A DNA stretch of 64,000 nucleotides from a bacterium. GTDB taxonomy: Bacteria; Patescibacteriota; Dojkabacteria; JAOAGR01; JBAXGO01. Made by a program: the position numbers and the translations under genes. Within the stretch, counting starts at the first letter, position 1; every line of letters begins with the position of its first letter. The DNA is taken from the NCBI GenBank assembly GCA_037139335.1, contig JBAXGO010000002.1:851-64850 (forward strand), given 5' to 3'. The notes beneath the pieces were generated by a model. The model searched no databases. It was not told the DNA's origin and saw only the letters and a program-made list of their open reading frames with translations. This document shows positions 25,825 to 36,899 of this stretch, piece by piece.

Positions 25825-26439
25825 ATGGCAGATATACTTCATCCAATACAACAAAAAATATATGATTTAATAAAAAAAGGATATCAAGATCCTTTATCGT
25901 TACGAGAAATTGCCATATTGATAGGTGAAAAAAATCATCAAAATGTAGCTCACCATATAAAACAGCTTGAGAAAAAAGGATATCTCAGAAAAAACCCTCA
26001 AAATGCACAAGAAATTGAGGTTTTAAAAGATCCCGTCGAAAATGCTGTCTATTTAAATGTATTTGGATTTGCACAATGTGGACCAAGTGGTCTTTTGGCA
26101 CAAGATAATATCTTTGATAAAGTAATAATTTCATCAAAGATGTTTGGAATGGGTAATTCTGATGATTTTTTCTGTGTTAAGGCAAGAGGAGAATCGATGG
26201 AACCGCAAATTTATGAAAAAGACTTAGTAATAGCCAAAAAACAAATGGATGTAGAGAATAATCAAATTGCAATAATAGTCCATAATGAAATGCCAAAAAT
26301 AAAGAAAATATTAAAAACAGGTGATAACATCGTTCTTTTTTCGCTCAATCCATCTTTTTCACCAGAACAGGTGAAAGATAATGATACCTTTCAAATTTAT
26401 GGTTTGGTAAAACATGTGATACGCTTTAATGTATCATGA
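25825..26439 (+). CDS. lexA: LexA-like S24 repressor
   Basis: N-terminal wHTH and C-terminal S24 peptidase with ARGESM (Ser) and downstream Lys are present. Overlaps the dinB start. Confidence 0.75.
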   Translation: MADILHPIQQKIYDLIKKGYQDPLSLREIAILIGEKNHQNVAHHIKQLEKKGYLRKNPQNAQEIEVLKDPVENAVYLNVFGFAQCGPSGLLAQDNIFDKVIISSKMFGMGNSDDFFCVKARGESMEPQIYEKDLVIAKKQMDVENNQIAIIVHNEMPKIKKILKTGDNIVLFSLNPSFSPEQVKDNDTFQIYGLVKHVIRFNVS

Positions 26440-27725
26440 GTACAAAACCGCGTGTTATATTTCACGTGGATATGAATTCATATTTTGCCTCTGTAGCACA
26501 GCACTTTCACGAAGAGTTAAGAAATAAACCAATAGGAGTTATGGGCAAAGGGAAAGGAACGTTCGTAATTGCAGCATCCAAAGAAGCCAAAAGATATGGC
26601 GTAAAAACTGGAATGCATAAAAATGAAGCAACTAAACTATGCCCAAATATTATATTTTTTCCACCTGAATTTGAAAATTATGTTTTTATTACAGGAAAAA
26701 TACTAGAAATTTTCAATGATTTTTCACCTGTTATAGAACCATTTTCCATAGACGAAGCATTTTTGGATATGACAAATTCATATTGGATAAAAATAGGCAT
26801 GAATCCTGTCGATATTGCGTATAGATTGAAATTGGAGTTAAAAGAAAGACTAGGTGATGTAATTACGTGTTCTATAGGTATCGCAGATAATAAACTAATG
26901 GCAAAGTTTGGTTCTGATATGAAGAAACCCAATGGACTCGTATATCTACAACCAGATAATTACATAAATGTACTAGATCAATTCCCACTTGATGATATTT
27001 GCGGCATAGGAAGAAGGACTTTGGAGCATTTGCAATTTATAAATATCAATACATTTGCCGAACTACGGAATACTCATTTTTCTATTTTGAAAAGAGAATT
27101 TGGAAATGTAGAAGGACGTTTTCTTTACCTTGCATCTAGAGGTCTAGATTACCATCCTGTGGATACTGGTGCATTTTTTGAAGATCCCAAAAGTTTATCT
27201 AATAGCGAGACATTCACTGAAAATAAATCTGGAAGTGCTCTTCGATCAAGCATATATAAATTATGCGAAAAAGTCAGCTTAAGATTACGGATCAAAGGCT
27301 TATTCTGCAAAAACATTTCTTTTTTAATCAAAGATAAATCTTTTAACTGTTTCTCTTATGATCAAAAATTACCATCATATACCAATAATACACTGGATAT
27401 TTTTCATAGTGTAATAAAAAACATTCCGAATAATTATGTTTCTAAATTTGTTTGTATTGCTGCAACCAACCTATCCCGCCAAAAAGATCAAGATCTATTT
27501 GATGAAACAGAAAGAAAAGATAATTTACAAAAAGCACTTGATAATATAAACCAAAAATACGGACATTTTACGGTTATACCAGCATCAATCAACAAACCAG
27601 ATGGACCAGCTGTAGACGTGCCTTTTTCAGCATTAGATAATGATGCAAAGACAGGTAGAAATTTAGCAGAATTGGCAGAAAAGAATTTAGATAAAATAAA
27701 ACATAAAATTCTTCATAGCTCGTAA
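26436..27725 (+). CDS. dinB: Y-family DNA polymerase IV
   Basis: HVDMNSYFASV, SIDEAFLD and a little-finger domain are present. Confidence 0.85.
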   Translation: MSTKPRVIFHVDMNSYFASVAQHFHEELRNKPIGVMGKGKGTFVIAASKEAKRYGVKTGMHKNEATKLCPNIIFFPPEFENYVFITGKILEIFNDFSPVIEPFSIDEAFLDMTNSYWIKIGMNPVDIAYRLKLELKERLGDVITCSIGIADNKLMAKFGSDMKKPNGLVYLQPDNYINVLDQFPLDDICGIGRRTLEHLQFININTFAELRNTHFSILKREFGNVEGRFLYLASRGLDYHPVDTGAFFEDPKSLSNSETFTENKSGSALRSSIYKLCEKVSLRLRIKGLFCKNISFLIKDKSFNCFSYDQKLPSYTNNTLDIFHSVIKNIPNNYVSKFVCIAATNLSRQKDQDLFDETERKDNLQKALDNINQKYGHFTVIPASINKPDGPAVDVPFSALDNDAKTGRNLAELAEKNLDKIKHKILHSS

Positions 27726-27726
27726 A

Positions 27727-28572
27727 TTACAAACTACTTGAATTAGTCATCCTAACTGTAGATAATTCGAAAAGATTATTTTTTGTAATTTCAGTTCCAT
27801 ATTTAGTAGTTCTGGCTAATTTATAACCGCTTTCTAAAGCTATTTTTTCTACCAATTGATTATACTTACCACAAGGGTAGATTAAAGTCTCAGTATTTTG
27901 CCCAAGTATAGTATCTAAGTCTTTTTTCGACTGTCCTAATTGGTTTTTCAAAGATTCTTCAGATAAAGTAGAAAGATCTGCATGGCTTACAGTATGCGAT
28001 ATAATTTCATTACCATTATTCTTTAACTCTTTAATATTATCCCAACTCATATAGCCAGGATTACCGACATATCCAGTAATTATTGCAAAAGATCCTTTTT
28101 GATTATATTTTTTCATTATTGGATAAGCATTAATGTAATTATTGTCATAACCATCATCAAATGAAATAATTATCGGTTTGGTTGGAAGTGGAGCACCTTT
28201 TTGAACATGCTGAATCAATTCATTAAAGGATATCGTTGTATAACCAGAGGCTATTAATTCTTTTATATTTCTTTCAAAATTAGCCGGAGATACAGACAAT
28301 CCTGTCCCAATGGGATCTTTTGAATTATTATAATCTCTAATATGGTGATACATGAGTATAGGCATTTTTAGCGAATCAAAGGCAACGACCTTTATTTCTG
28401 GATCTTTCTTTTGAATTATGTTGTTTTCATTATATGTAATTCTTGAAATGGCGGTTAAAGATTCAGAATATACTTCGATATTTTGAGCTTCTACACTTCG
28501 AATTACTGATAAAATTATTGTTGAAATCAATAAAAATATTAAAAATATTGATGAAATATTGTGTTTTGTCAT
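27727..28572 (-). CDS. Polysaccharide deacetylase (CE4, NodB homology domain), membrane-anchored
   Basis: FDDGYDNNY motif, His motifs and N-terminal TM are present. Confidence 0.8.
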   Translation of the reverse strand: MTKHNISSIFLIFLLISTIILSVIRSVEAQNIEVYSESLTAISRITYNENNIIQKKDPEIKVVAFDSLKMPILMYHHIRDYNNSKDPIGTGLSVSPANFERNIKELIASGYTTISFNELIQHVQKGAPLPTKPIIISFDDGYDNNYINAYPIMKKYNQKGSFAIITGYVGNPGYMSWDNIKELKNNGNEIISHTVSHADLSTLSEESLKNQLGQSKKDLDTILGQNTETLIYPCGKYNQLVEKIALESGYKLARTTKYGTEITKNNLFELSTVRMTNSSSL

Positions 28573-28628
28573 AGAAAATAAATACCATATACATATATGT
28601 ATAGAGGGGGACAGTATTTATTTAAATT

Positions 28629-29318
28629 TTATTGGCCGCATTGGTTCAAACCGCTATAGTCGAATAAACAATTGTTGCTTTTATTCAAGATTACGACTGA
28701 AGTAACACTAGAAAACTGCTTCAGATTTGACTCAATAGCCATTGACAACAAGGCATCAGTACCAATGCCAACTAACGAAATCTCTCGGCAAAGACGGAAA
28801 ACTGCTTTGCCATTGGTAATAGTTATTGTAAAATCTTTTCCAGAACAATCAGAAGTCCCAGATAAATTTATATTATTAGTGTATCCTTGTGCTTTTTCAG
28901 CAGCCGTTGGACCAGAAATATATTGTTCCATAGAGAAAGCAGCTACATCCACTCTCTCTGTATATCTATCTACAGGAAAGACCTTATATTCAGAACCTTC
29001 TTTGGAAAAATATACAGAAACTTTTGCTAACTTTGCGGTTGCTGTAACAGATGGAGAAGAGGGTGATGCAGAAGCAACAATTTGTTTTACTGTTTCAGTA
29101 ACACCTTTAGTGGCAGTTGCAATTGGTGTATTTGTGACTAACGACGTTTGTTTATCTGATGAACCATTATTTTTACTTAATAATAAAAACAATAATATGG
29201 ATATAACAACCAATAAAACGATTGTAACAATTGATAAAATAATAATTAATATTTTATTCTTATTGGATGGTACAACAGGAGTAAGATTTGGTTGTGGTTG
29301 GATTTCAATTTCAGGCAT
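28629..29318 (-). CDS. GerMN-domain bitopic envelope protein
   Basis: N-terminal TM and S/T-rich linker. VSVYFSKEGSEYKVFPVDR...YISGPTAAEKAQGYT resembles the GerMN fold signature. Confidence 0.4.
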   Translation of the reverse strand: MPEIEIQPQPNLTPVVPSNKNKILIIILSIVTIVLLVVISILLFLLLSKNNGSSDKQTSLVTNTPIATATKGVTETVKQIVASASPSSPSVTATAKLAKVSVYFSKEGSEYKVFPVDRYTERVDVAAFSMEQYISGPTAAEKAQGYTNNINLSGTSDCSGKDFTITITNGKAVFRLCREISLVGIGTDALLSMAIESNLKQFSSVTSVVILNKSNNCLFDYSGLNQCGQ

Positions 29319-29423
29319 ATTATTTTATAATATATGAAAATACTACCATTATATTGTTTTAATTCCAATTACCTATTAATTAATATAAAGTTTTTTGTGA
29401 ATAATAGTGAATAATGTTTAATA

Positions 29424-30704
29424 TTATTTATTAAAAAATGTTAAAAATATTCCTAATGCAGCAAGTGCCATAACGGAGAAAGTTATAATTCCAATAATAT
29501 TCGTGAATTTTCCATTTGTATATTTTCCCATTATCTTTTTGTTATTCGTGATTAAAAGAATCATACCAATTAATGGCACTGAAATTATTCCATTCAATAC
29601 AGCGGTATATACAAGAGCCTGCATAGGATTAATACCAATAAAGTTAATAACTAAGCCAACTAGTGTTGATATTAAGATTATTAAATAAAAAGCGCGAGCT
29701 TGAGTAAATTTTTTATTCAAGCCTTCATTTAAATTAAAAACTTCACAAACAGCATAAGAAGCACCACCGGCAAAAATTGGTACTGCAAGGAGTCCAGTTC
29801 CAATAATACCTAGTGCAAATAAAATTCTAGCTACTTCGCCAGAATATGGAAAAGTTTGGACCAAAGGTTCCAATGCCTGAGCCGCCTGTGCTGCAGTTTG
29901 AATATCTGTAATCCCATTTTTATTTAATGTTGCAGCAGTCGTAACTATAATAAACCAAGTAGTAACTTCAGAAAATAACATACCAATAAATGTATCGATT
30001 CTCATTTTGCCAATGTATTTTATATTAATACGTGGCATACCTTTTTTATTCATGGAAAGTTTTCCCTTAATTTCTTCCTCAACTTCCTCATTAGCTTGCC
30101 AGAACATCATGTATGGCGAAATCGTAGTACCTAAAATACCTACTATCAGGAATAAATATTCATAAGTAAAATTTATTTTTGGTGTAATAGATTCAATTAA
30201 TAATTGCCCCCAATCATTTTGAACAAATAAACCTGTTAAGATATATGCAAACAAAGAAAGTGTTAGCCATTTCAAAATCTTTGCATACTGTCTATATGGC
30301 ATAAATATTTCTAAGAATAATATTATCAGCGTAAACGACAATAATAAAAACCTAGTATCCATAGGCACAAGTAGTTGAGCAGCAGCAGCCATAGCACCAA
30401 GATCGGTTCCAAGATTTATAACATTTGCTATTACTAGAAGCGAAACCATGAAATACAGTAAATATTTCGAATAGTGTTGTTTTATATTCTTTGCTATTCC
30501 TTGTCCTGTTACTATACCAATTCTTGCAGACATTTCTTGAATAACATACATCATTGGCAGCATAAATAATGCTGTCCAGAGGAGGTTAAAGCCATATTTA
30601 GCACCAGTTTGAGAATATGTTGCTATGCCAGAAGGATCATCATCAGCAGCACCTGTAATAACACCAGGTCCGAGTATTTTAAAAATACGTTTAAATTTTT
30701 TCAT
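29424..30704 (-). CDS. mntH: NRAMP-family divalent metal (Mn2+/Fe2+) transporter
   Basis: GPGVITGAADDDPSGIATYSQ and MPxMYxIQEMSARxG motifs with ~11 TM are present. Confidence 0.85.
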   Translation of the reverse strand: MKKFKRIFKILGPGVITGAADDDPSGIATYSQTGAKYGFNLLWTALFMLPMMYVIQEMSARIGIVTGQGIAKNIKQHYSKYLLYFMVSLLVIANVINLGTDLGAMAAAAQLLVPMDTRFLLLSFTLIILFLEIFMPYRQYAKILKWLTLSLFAYILTGLFVQNDWGQLLIESITPKINFTYEYLFLIVGILGTTISPYMMFWQANEEVEEEIKGKLSMNKKGMPRINIKYIGKMRIDTFIGMLFSEVTTWFIIVTTAATLNKNGITDIQTAAQAAQALEPLVQTFPYSGEVARILFALGIIGTGLLAVPIFAGGASYAVCEVFNLNEGLNKKFTQARAFYLIILISTLVGLVINFIGINPMQALVYTAVLNGIISVPLIGMILLITNNKKIMGKYTNGKFTNIIGIITFSVMALAALGIFLTFFNK

Positions 30705-30771
30705 TTTTTTATCTCAAATACTGACGATTATTTGTGACATAATAACTGTTGCAATGTAAAAAGAAAAGAGA

Positions 30772-31557
30772 TTAACTAACTTGTGACGAACGAATAGAAT
30801 TATTGAAAATCTTTATTTTTGGTAGTTTCAAGACTTCCCATAAATTACTAAAATGAGTAATGTGACAGATATTCATTGCAGTATTTTCTGCACTAGACTC
30901 AATGTCTTTTTCACCAATTAGCTTTTTTTTATAATTTAGATAATTTTTCCAAGCTTCTGCACGCCATCTCTTTACAATAATGTTAAAGAATAGAGAATAT
31001 GAAATATTTGTTTTTTTCGAATAATCATTTTCTATAATATCTTTATCCGCAGTCTGAAGAACAATCTCATTAATACTCTCACTAATAATATCATTAACTT
31101 TTTCATAATCTGTTAAGAATGAACCATCTTTGTGAACATCATTTAATGTATAAATATAATCGCTATTAATATGTGCATTCATTCCTAGAATTAAATTTAT
31201 GAAGGAAGGAGATGTACTTTTTTTACACTTATCAAAAAATATTTTCCATGGTCTAGAACACTTTAACCCAGTTACATAATTTTTTAATGAATAAAAATAA
31301 TAATCTGCGGATCGGACAAAGAAATATTCGATTTGCGAAAATTCTATAAATGCTCCTGACAAAGCTTTCTTTTTAATATTTTTAAGAATAATAATAAATG
31401 TTTTATTAAACGAAGAAAGACCCGATAGGTCAGTATTTTCAATTTCCTGATTGAGACTTTCAGAGGCTTCTATAATACCATCAATAGTATTAATATTATC
31501 CCTGTATGATTTGAATAAAAAATTATATGTTTGCATAAAAAAACGCCATCGTGCCAT
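30772..31557 (-). CDS. Hypothetical protein
   Basis: 261 aa soluble protein with no recognisable motif. Confidence 0.35.
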   Translation of the reverse strand: MARWRFFMQTYNFLFKSYRDNINTIDGIIEASESLNQEIENTDLSGLSSFNKTFIIILKNIKKKALSGAFIEFSQIEYFFVRSADYYFYSLKNYVTGLKCSRPWKIFFDKCKKSTSPSFINLILGMNAHINSDYIYTLNDVHKDGSFLTDYEKVNDIISESINEIVLQTADKDIIENDYSKKTNISYSLFFNIIVKRWRAEAWKNYLNYKKKLIGEKDIESSAENTAMNICHITHFSNLWEVLKLPKIKIFNNSIRSSQVS

Positions 31558-31648
31558 TTTACACCTATAATGACTTTTTCAGTAGTCCCCAGATAATGTA
31601 CGCTTTATCAGGACATAATTGTATAATGTTAATAGATTTTGAAATACC

Positions 31649-31927
31649 ATGCATTACAGACGTAACAATGTAAAAAGAGAACATAGCACTATAAAAGGAA
31701 TTATTCCCATATTGGAGAAAATAGCAGAACTAGATTATGTAAAATCCATAGTGCCAGGAAGGATTAAACCAATATCTGGTAGTTATCCCAAATGTGTTTT
31801 GGAATATAAAACAAAAACAGATACTGGAATAAAATGTCTTGCAAAATCAGAAAGAGCAACACAAGAAGTCTTTATTGTGACCTCTAATACTGAAGAATTG
31901 ATAAAATTCATTATGAATTTAGCTTAA
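31649..31927 (+). CDS. Hypothetical small protein
   Basis: 92 aa. Confidence 0.3.
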   Translation: MHYRRNNVKREHSTIKGIIPILEKIAELDYVKSIVPGRIKPISGSYPKCVLEYKTKTDTGIKCLAKSERATQEVFIVTSNTEELIKFIMNLA

Positions 31928-32092
31928 AAACCAGTTTTACTTTTTTCTACCTCAAGGAAATTAATGTTACGATAATAGGAACGACAGCCGCCATTAAGAG
32001 CGTCTGTCAATATCTTTTTAAGATTTAAAGGTTATTTACCCACATTTATGTTATAATACGCATCACTGCTCTTAAGTTTTTTTTAATTTTAT

Positions 32093-32683
32093 ATGCATGA
32101 GCTAAAATTAGCTTTTTTCGTACTCCCTCTTTGGTTAAAAATTATCGTTATTGTCCTTTTTATGCCTATAACGCTTGTTTTCTTGCCAATAATAATCGGT
32201 TATATCGGTATTTTCCTTATTTCAAAGGAGATTTCATCTTCGACGATAAGAACTTTTACAAATATTACTATTATTTTACTTGCTATTACAATAAATACCT
32301 TATTAGCATATTGTTTTGTAGAAATCCCTGAAGGAAAATTAAATATTGAACAAATTTATTATTCTATAACACCTAAACAAAATGCTGATAATACCGTAAT
32401 ATCAAAAAACAACATTTATAAAGCTGAAGAAACTAAACTAGAGCCTACTACTCAAATACCAACACCGACACAAGAAATAACAAAGACACCTATAAGTTCA
32501 CCAATTATAGAAACTACAGCCCCGACTCAACAAAGAGAGAAGTCCGTATTGGTAAAACCTGCCGTAAATATTAATAAATGTTCAGGAAAGATCGCTATTT
32601 GCTGTGATGGAACTTGTGGTGAAGAGACGAGTAAACAAAATATTTGTAGTAATAACAATGGCGTTTGCCAGTGGAATCCTTAA
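32093..32683 (+). CDS. Membrane protein with Thr/Pro-rich linker and C-terminal Cys-rich module
   Basis: 2 TM, a PTxxxT linker, and a C-terminus with 8 Cys (CSGKIAICCDGTCGEETSKQNICSNNNGVCQW). Confidence 0.4.
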   Translation: MHELKLAFFVLPLWLKIIVIVLFMPITLVFLPIIIGYIGIFLISKEISSSTIRTFTNITIILLAITINTLLAYCFVEIPEGKLNIEQIYYSITPKQNADNTVISKNNIYKAEETKLEPTTQIPTPTQEITKTPISSPIIETTAPTQQREKSVLVKPAVNINKCSGKIAICCDGTCGEETSKQNICSNNNGVCQWNP

Positions 32684-32775
32684 TCTTGTAAAAAGCCCTT
32701 TAATATATGCCATGGGATTAATGTATTTAATCAAAATATAGATCATTAAAAAGTACCTTCCTGAATAGCATGTGG

Positions 32776-33465
32776 TTATATTAAGTCTTGTTCTTTAAAG
32801 CTGTAATATTTGTTTTCACCTACAATTATATGATCTATAATATCAATTCCTAATATTGTTCCTGCCTGAATTAATTGATTTGTAGTTTCAATATCTGTAT
32901 CAGATGGAGTAACATCACCCGTTGGATGATTGTGTGCCAATATTATTTGCACAGCAAGCTTGCTAACAGCTGGTTCAAAAACTTCTCTAGGATGTATTAC
33001 ACTCATATTTATAGTTCCAACAGATACAATTTCTTTGTGAATGACCTGATTTCTAGCGTTTAAATAAAGTGCAATTAAATGTTCCTTCCTATATTCTGAC
33101 ATTCCAATCAATAGAGCTAATACATCTTCTGTATTTTCAATTATCGGAATAATTGGATCTGGCTTAATAAATATTCGTTTTGATAATTCAATAGCGGATA
33201 AAATAGTGCACGCTTTGGAAGAATCTATACCCATAATTTTCAAATAATCTTCATATGTAAGGTTTAATAGTTGCTTTTTGGGATATTTTTGCAATAAAGT
33301 CTTTGCTATATCCATTGAACTAAAACCTTTACGACCTGTTCTAATCAGTATTGCCAATAATTCCGCATCTGTTAAATTAGCAACACCTTTGGATATAAGT
33401 TTTTCTCTGGGACGCATGTGTTTGGGGAGATCTTTTATCTTCATGTATTTTTGAGGATAAATCAT
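32776..33465 (-). CDS. radC: RadC-like JAB-domain protein
   Basis: N-terminal HhH region (LTDAELLAILIRTG) and JAMM motif HNHPTG are present. Confidence 0.8.
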   Translation of the reverse strand: MIYPQKYMKIKDLPKHMRPREKLISKGVANLTDAELLAILIRTGRKGFSSMDIAKTLLQKYPKKQLLNLTYEDYLKIMGIDSSKACTILSAIELSKRIFIKPDPIIPIIENTEDVLALLIGMSEYRKEHLIALYLNARNQVIHKEIVSVGTINMSVIHPREVFEPAVSKLAVQIILAHNHPTGDVTPSDTDIETTNQLIQAGTILGIDIIDHIIVGENKYYSFKEQDLI

Positions 33466-33656
33466 TATAAATCATAGAGAAAAAAATGGATAGTGTAATT
33501 TACAAAATATATTATTAAATATCTTATTAACAAAAGAACCTTTGTTGCTAATCATTATCCGTGTATGAGAATGTTAATATTGCAGAAAGAAGGCTCGCAA
33601 TATTTAAGAAGTTTTATCTCAATAACGAGAAATTATTGCCCATATAAAATGGTGTT

Positions 33657-34115
33657 TTATGATTTCGTTTTTGATTCTATAGACTGAAGAATTTTGTCAA
33701 TTAATTTTTCCTGATTTTCTAGATGAGCAATAATAGTTTCAACTTCTCTTTCTACTTTTAAATTAACATGGTATTCATCCTCGGATCTTCTTTCCGCATA
33801 TTTACTTTGCAGATTTTGTCCAACCATAATTAAAGGAAGTAAAGACAATTGAATCATATTTGATAAAAATAGCCACAAGACAAATGCTGGAAATGGGTCG
33901 AATCTTAAATCTGAAGGCCCCAATGTATTCCAACCAAGCCAAGATAGTGTCCATACTGCAATAATAAAGAAAAAGCCCATTGTGCCAACGCTTTCTGTAA
34001 TCCATATTGCAAACTTTTGGACATTACTAAGACTATACTTATGAACTTTATAAGTATCTGTAACTGGTTTTCTTAAATTTTTTATTTCATCGAGTGAAAG
34101 AATATCTTTTGACAT
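33657..34115 (-). CDS. DUF1003-family membrane protein
   Basis: 2 TM followed by a conserved FDPFPAF..LFLSN..QLSLLPLIMVGQN block. Confidence 0.55.
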   Translation of the reverse strand: MSKDILSLDEIKNLRKPVTDTYKVHKYSLSNVQKFAIWITESVGTMGFFFIIAVWTLSWLGWNTLGPSDLRFDPFPAFVLWLFLSNMIQLSLLPLIMVGQNLQSKYAERRSEDEYHVNLKVEREVETIIAHLENQEKLIDKILQSIESKTKS

Positions 34116-34388
34116 AATATATTATACTGTCTAATAGTATAACAAAAATTACTGTAAAAAAATTATTTCTTCTCAATATTTTGTATATTTTTATCAATAT
34201 TACAAGTAATCTTTCTAATGTTTTGAATGATGTCAAAATTTCTTTGACTTTCTGAAACAAGCCTTCTCGAAAGTATTTCTATATCAGCATCATTAAAATT
34301 TAATTGAATATTCATAATTTTTTTTATTAAAAAATAATTTTATGTTGTAATTGTTATAAAACAAAGGATATAAAGAAGATGTGAAGAT

Positions 34389-36899
34389 TTATGGAGTGCA
34401 GTAACCAGGACTAAAATTTGGTATTGATTTCCCTGCAAAATTATCTATTTGAGATTGTATCCATGGATTACCAGTATTGGTTTCATATCGAACTGAATAT
34501 ATAGGATATGCTTTTTTATCTTGAATATCCTTTGCCGATGCTAATTTAATAGAGCCATTACAATCAACTACCATAATTGTATTATGATTATTATCAACTT
34601 TTGGAAATTCGCCATCAACAAATAATGCACTAGATCGTGGACAACTTGAATTTGACGTTGCAAGAAATCCTGTATCTGAGCATACAATCCTGCTCACAAT
34701 ACCTGAGGGCATGTTAAAATTATTGTTTTTAAATTTTGGAAGAACTTCTCTCATATATGGAGTCCACAAAACTTGCCCAAGTTTTTCACCCACTGCATAT
34801 GTTTTCAAAGGTTGATTATTACTATTACCAGCCCAAACTCCAGTTACTAGATCTGGTGTAAATCCCCAAAAAACAATTGATGTTGGCAACCCATTAATTC
34901 CAAAATCATTTGTACCAGTTTTACCTGCCGCATCATAACCTTCTCGTCTAATTTGCTGAACTGTAGTGTACTTTTGCAGTATTTGTAAGACAAGCCAATC
35001 ATGTTGTTCATCTATTACTCGAATTCCAGGATTATCTTGTTTTTCATATATAATATTTCCTTCTCTATCAGTGATTCTTTGAATAGTATAAAAATCTTTT
35101 TTTACGCCACCATTAGCTAATGTTTGATAAGCTTGAGCATGACTATATGGAGGAACTACTGCAGCTCCTAAAGTGGCTGTTATACCTGCCTTATCAATCT
35201 CTTCAAGCTCAGGTTCTTTATAGCCTAATGATTTCATCAATATTTTATAATTATCTACACCCCCAGCCATTAATGTTTGAACAGCAGGAATATTTAATGA
35301 ATTATTCAATGCCCACTCTGAAGAAACAGACACTGCAGGTTTATCGCCAATTGAAAAATTACGAGGTATATAACCACCTCCCATATCGATAGGGAAATTA
35401 GCCCATACAGTACTAGGAGAAAATCCTCTATTTATAAATGCATTTAGATATGTAAATGGTTTCATAGAAGATCCCTGAGAAACTGGTCTTTGAAGCACAT
35501 CAACTTGGCCATTAATAAAAGCTCCATCATCAGCATTGAAATCTTTCGAACCAACATATGCCATAACCGCTCCTGTTTTGGTATTCACTGATATCATAGA
35601 TGCATTTTTTGCACCAAATGTTCCCCAGCGTGAATTATTTCCACAATATGGACATATTGACGCAACATTTTCATTATCATCGTCTATAAGCGAAACATAT
35701 TTTTCTGCCTTTTGCTGCATATCATAATCAAGCGTAGTATAAACACGTAGACCACCTGTACTTATATATAAATCTGGATTTTCCTTTTCTTTAAAAATAG
35801 ATTTTAATTCCTCGTATACAACACCTCCGTTCTTCACGAAATGTGGAGCTTTATCAGCTGTTTTCGGCATATTGTATATGATGGGTTCAATTAAAGCAGA
35901 TTTTATTTTTACTTGATCTAATTTAAAATTATGAAATTCATTTAAATTTTCATAAATTTCATCCATCCTAGATAAAATATCTCTTTGTCTTCTAATATTA
36001 GCTTTTATGACGGTACCGTCTGGTAAAATATCGTCAGTATTTTTATCAGAATTATAAGGCTCTGGTGCAAGTCGAGCTGGTTCATTTGGAATTCCTGCTA
36101 ATAATGCAGCTTCGCCATAAGTTAAATCTTTTGGATCTTTATTGAAATAAGCGTTGGAGGCACGTTTTATTCCCACGAAGTTACTCCCGAATGATATTGT
36201 GTTTAAATATAATTGCAAAATCTCATCTTTGGAATATCTTTGAGCAATTTGAGCCGATAAAATAATTTCTTTAATTTTTCTTTTTAAATCTTTTTTATCA
36301 CCGATTAAATTCACCTTCACAACTTGTTGCGTTATAGTACTTCCTCCTTGATAAACATTTTTAGAAAAAAGTGTTGTTAAAAAGGCACGAAATAATGAAC
36401 CAATATTAATGCCTTTATTATCATAAAAAGTCTTATCCTCAGCTGCTATAAATGCGGCTTTAACATGATTTGGAATTTCATCAATTTTTATAAATTCTTT
36501 ACTTTCGAAACCTGACAATCTTCGCAGTTCAATACCATCAGATGAATAAATAATACTATCTCCGTATTTAGCCACATTTTCAAAAGGAGAAGATGGATCA
36601 ATCTTTATAATATCTTTTGAGACTTCACTTATCAAAGATGCTATATAAACTAGAAAGACAAGAGCTATTAATAATAAGACAAAGATAACAGACAAAAATA
36701 TATTTCTAATTATATTTATTCTTTTTTTTATTTTAATTTTTTCGATTGCAATTTTTTTCTTTTTGCGAGAGCGTATTTCTTTGAGGGCAATGTATTTAAC
36801 TATTGTAGGATTTGCCATACGACTCCGGTGAAGATTTTTAATTACATCCGCATTGGATAAATTACTCATAGGAATCTTATTATTTAGGCGATTATACAA
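34389..36899 (-). CDS. Class A penicillin-binding protein (GT51 transglycosylase + transpeptidase)
   Basis: AAEDKTFYDNKGIN (GT51), SMKP (SxxK) and KTGT motifs plus an N-terminal TM anchor are present. Confidence 0.85.
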   Translation of the reverse strand: MYNRLNNKIPMSNLSNADVIKNLHRSRMANPTIVKYIALKEIRSRKKKKIAIEKIKIKKRINIIRNIFLSVIFVLLLIALVFLVYIASLISEVSKDIIKIDPSSPFENVAKYGDSIIYSSDGIELRRLSGFESKEFIKIDEIPNHVKAAFIAAEDKTFYDNKGINIGSLFRAFLTTLFSKNVYQGGSTITQQVVKVNLIGDKKDLKRKIKEIILSAQIAQRYSKDEILQLYLNTISFGSNFVGIKRASNAYFNKDPKDLTYGEAALLAGIPNEPARLAPEPYNSDKNTDDILPDGTVIKANIRRQRDILSRMDEIYENLNEFHNFKLDQVKIKSALIEPIIYNMPKTADKAPHFVKNGGVVYEELKSIFKEKENPDLYISTGGLRVYTTLDYDMQQKAEKYVSLIDDDNENVASICPYCGNNSRWGTFGAKNASMISVNTKTGAVMAYVGSKDFNADDGAFINGQVDVLQRPVSQGSSMKPFTYLNAFINRGFSPSTVWANFPIDMGGGYIPRNFSIGDKPAVSVSSEWALNNSLNIPAVQTLMAGGVDNYKILMKSLGYKEPELEEIDKAGITATLGAAVVPPYSHAQAYQTLANGGVKKDFYTIQRITDREGNIIYEKQDNPGIRVIDEQHDWLVLQILQKYTTVQQIRREGYDAAGKTGTNDFGINGLPTSIVFWGFTPDLVTGVWAGNSNNQPLKTYAVGEKLGQVLWTPYMREVLPKFKNNNFNMPSGIVSRIVCSDTGFLATSNSSCPRSSALFVDGEFPKVDNNHNTIMVVDCNGSIKLASAKDIQDKKAYPIYSVRYETNTGNPWIQSQIDNFAGKSIPNFSPGYCTP

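Noticed and set aside
25560-25825. Canonical LexA (SOS) box upstream of lexA
   Set aside because: No CGAAC-N4-GTTCG, CTGT-N8-ACAG or GAAC-N4-GTTC palindrome is visible. Only direct GACAG repeats are present, so no operator is annotated.
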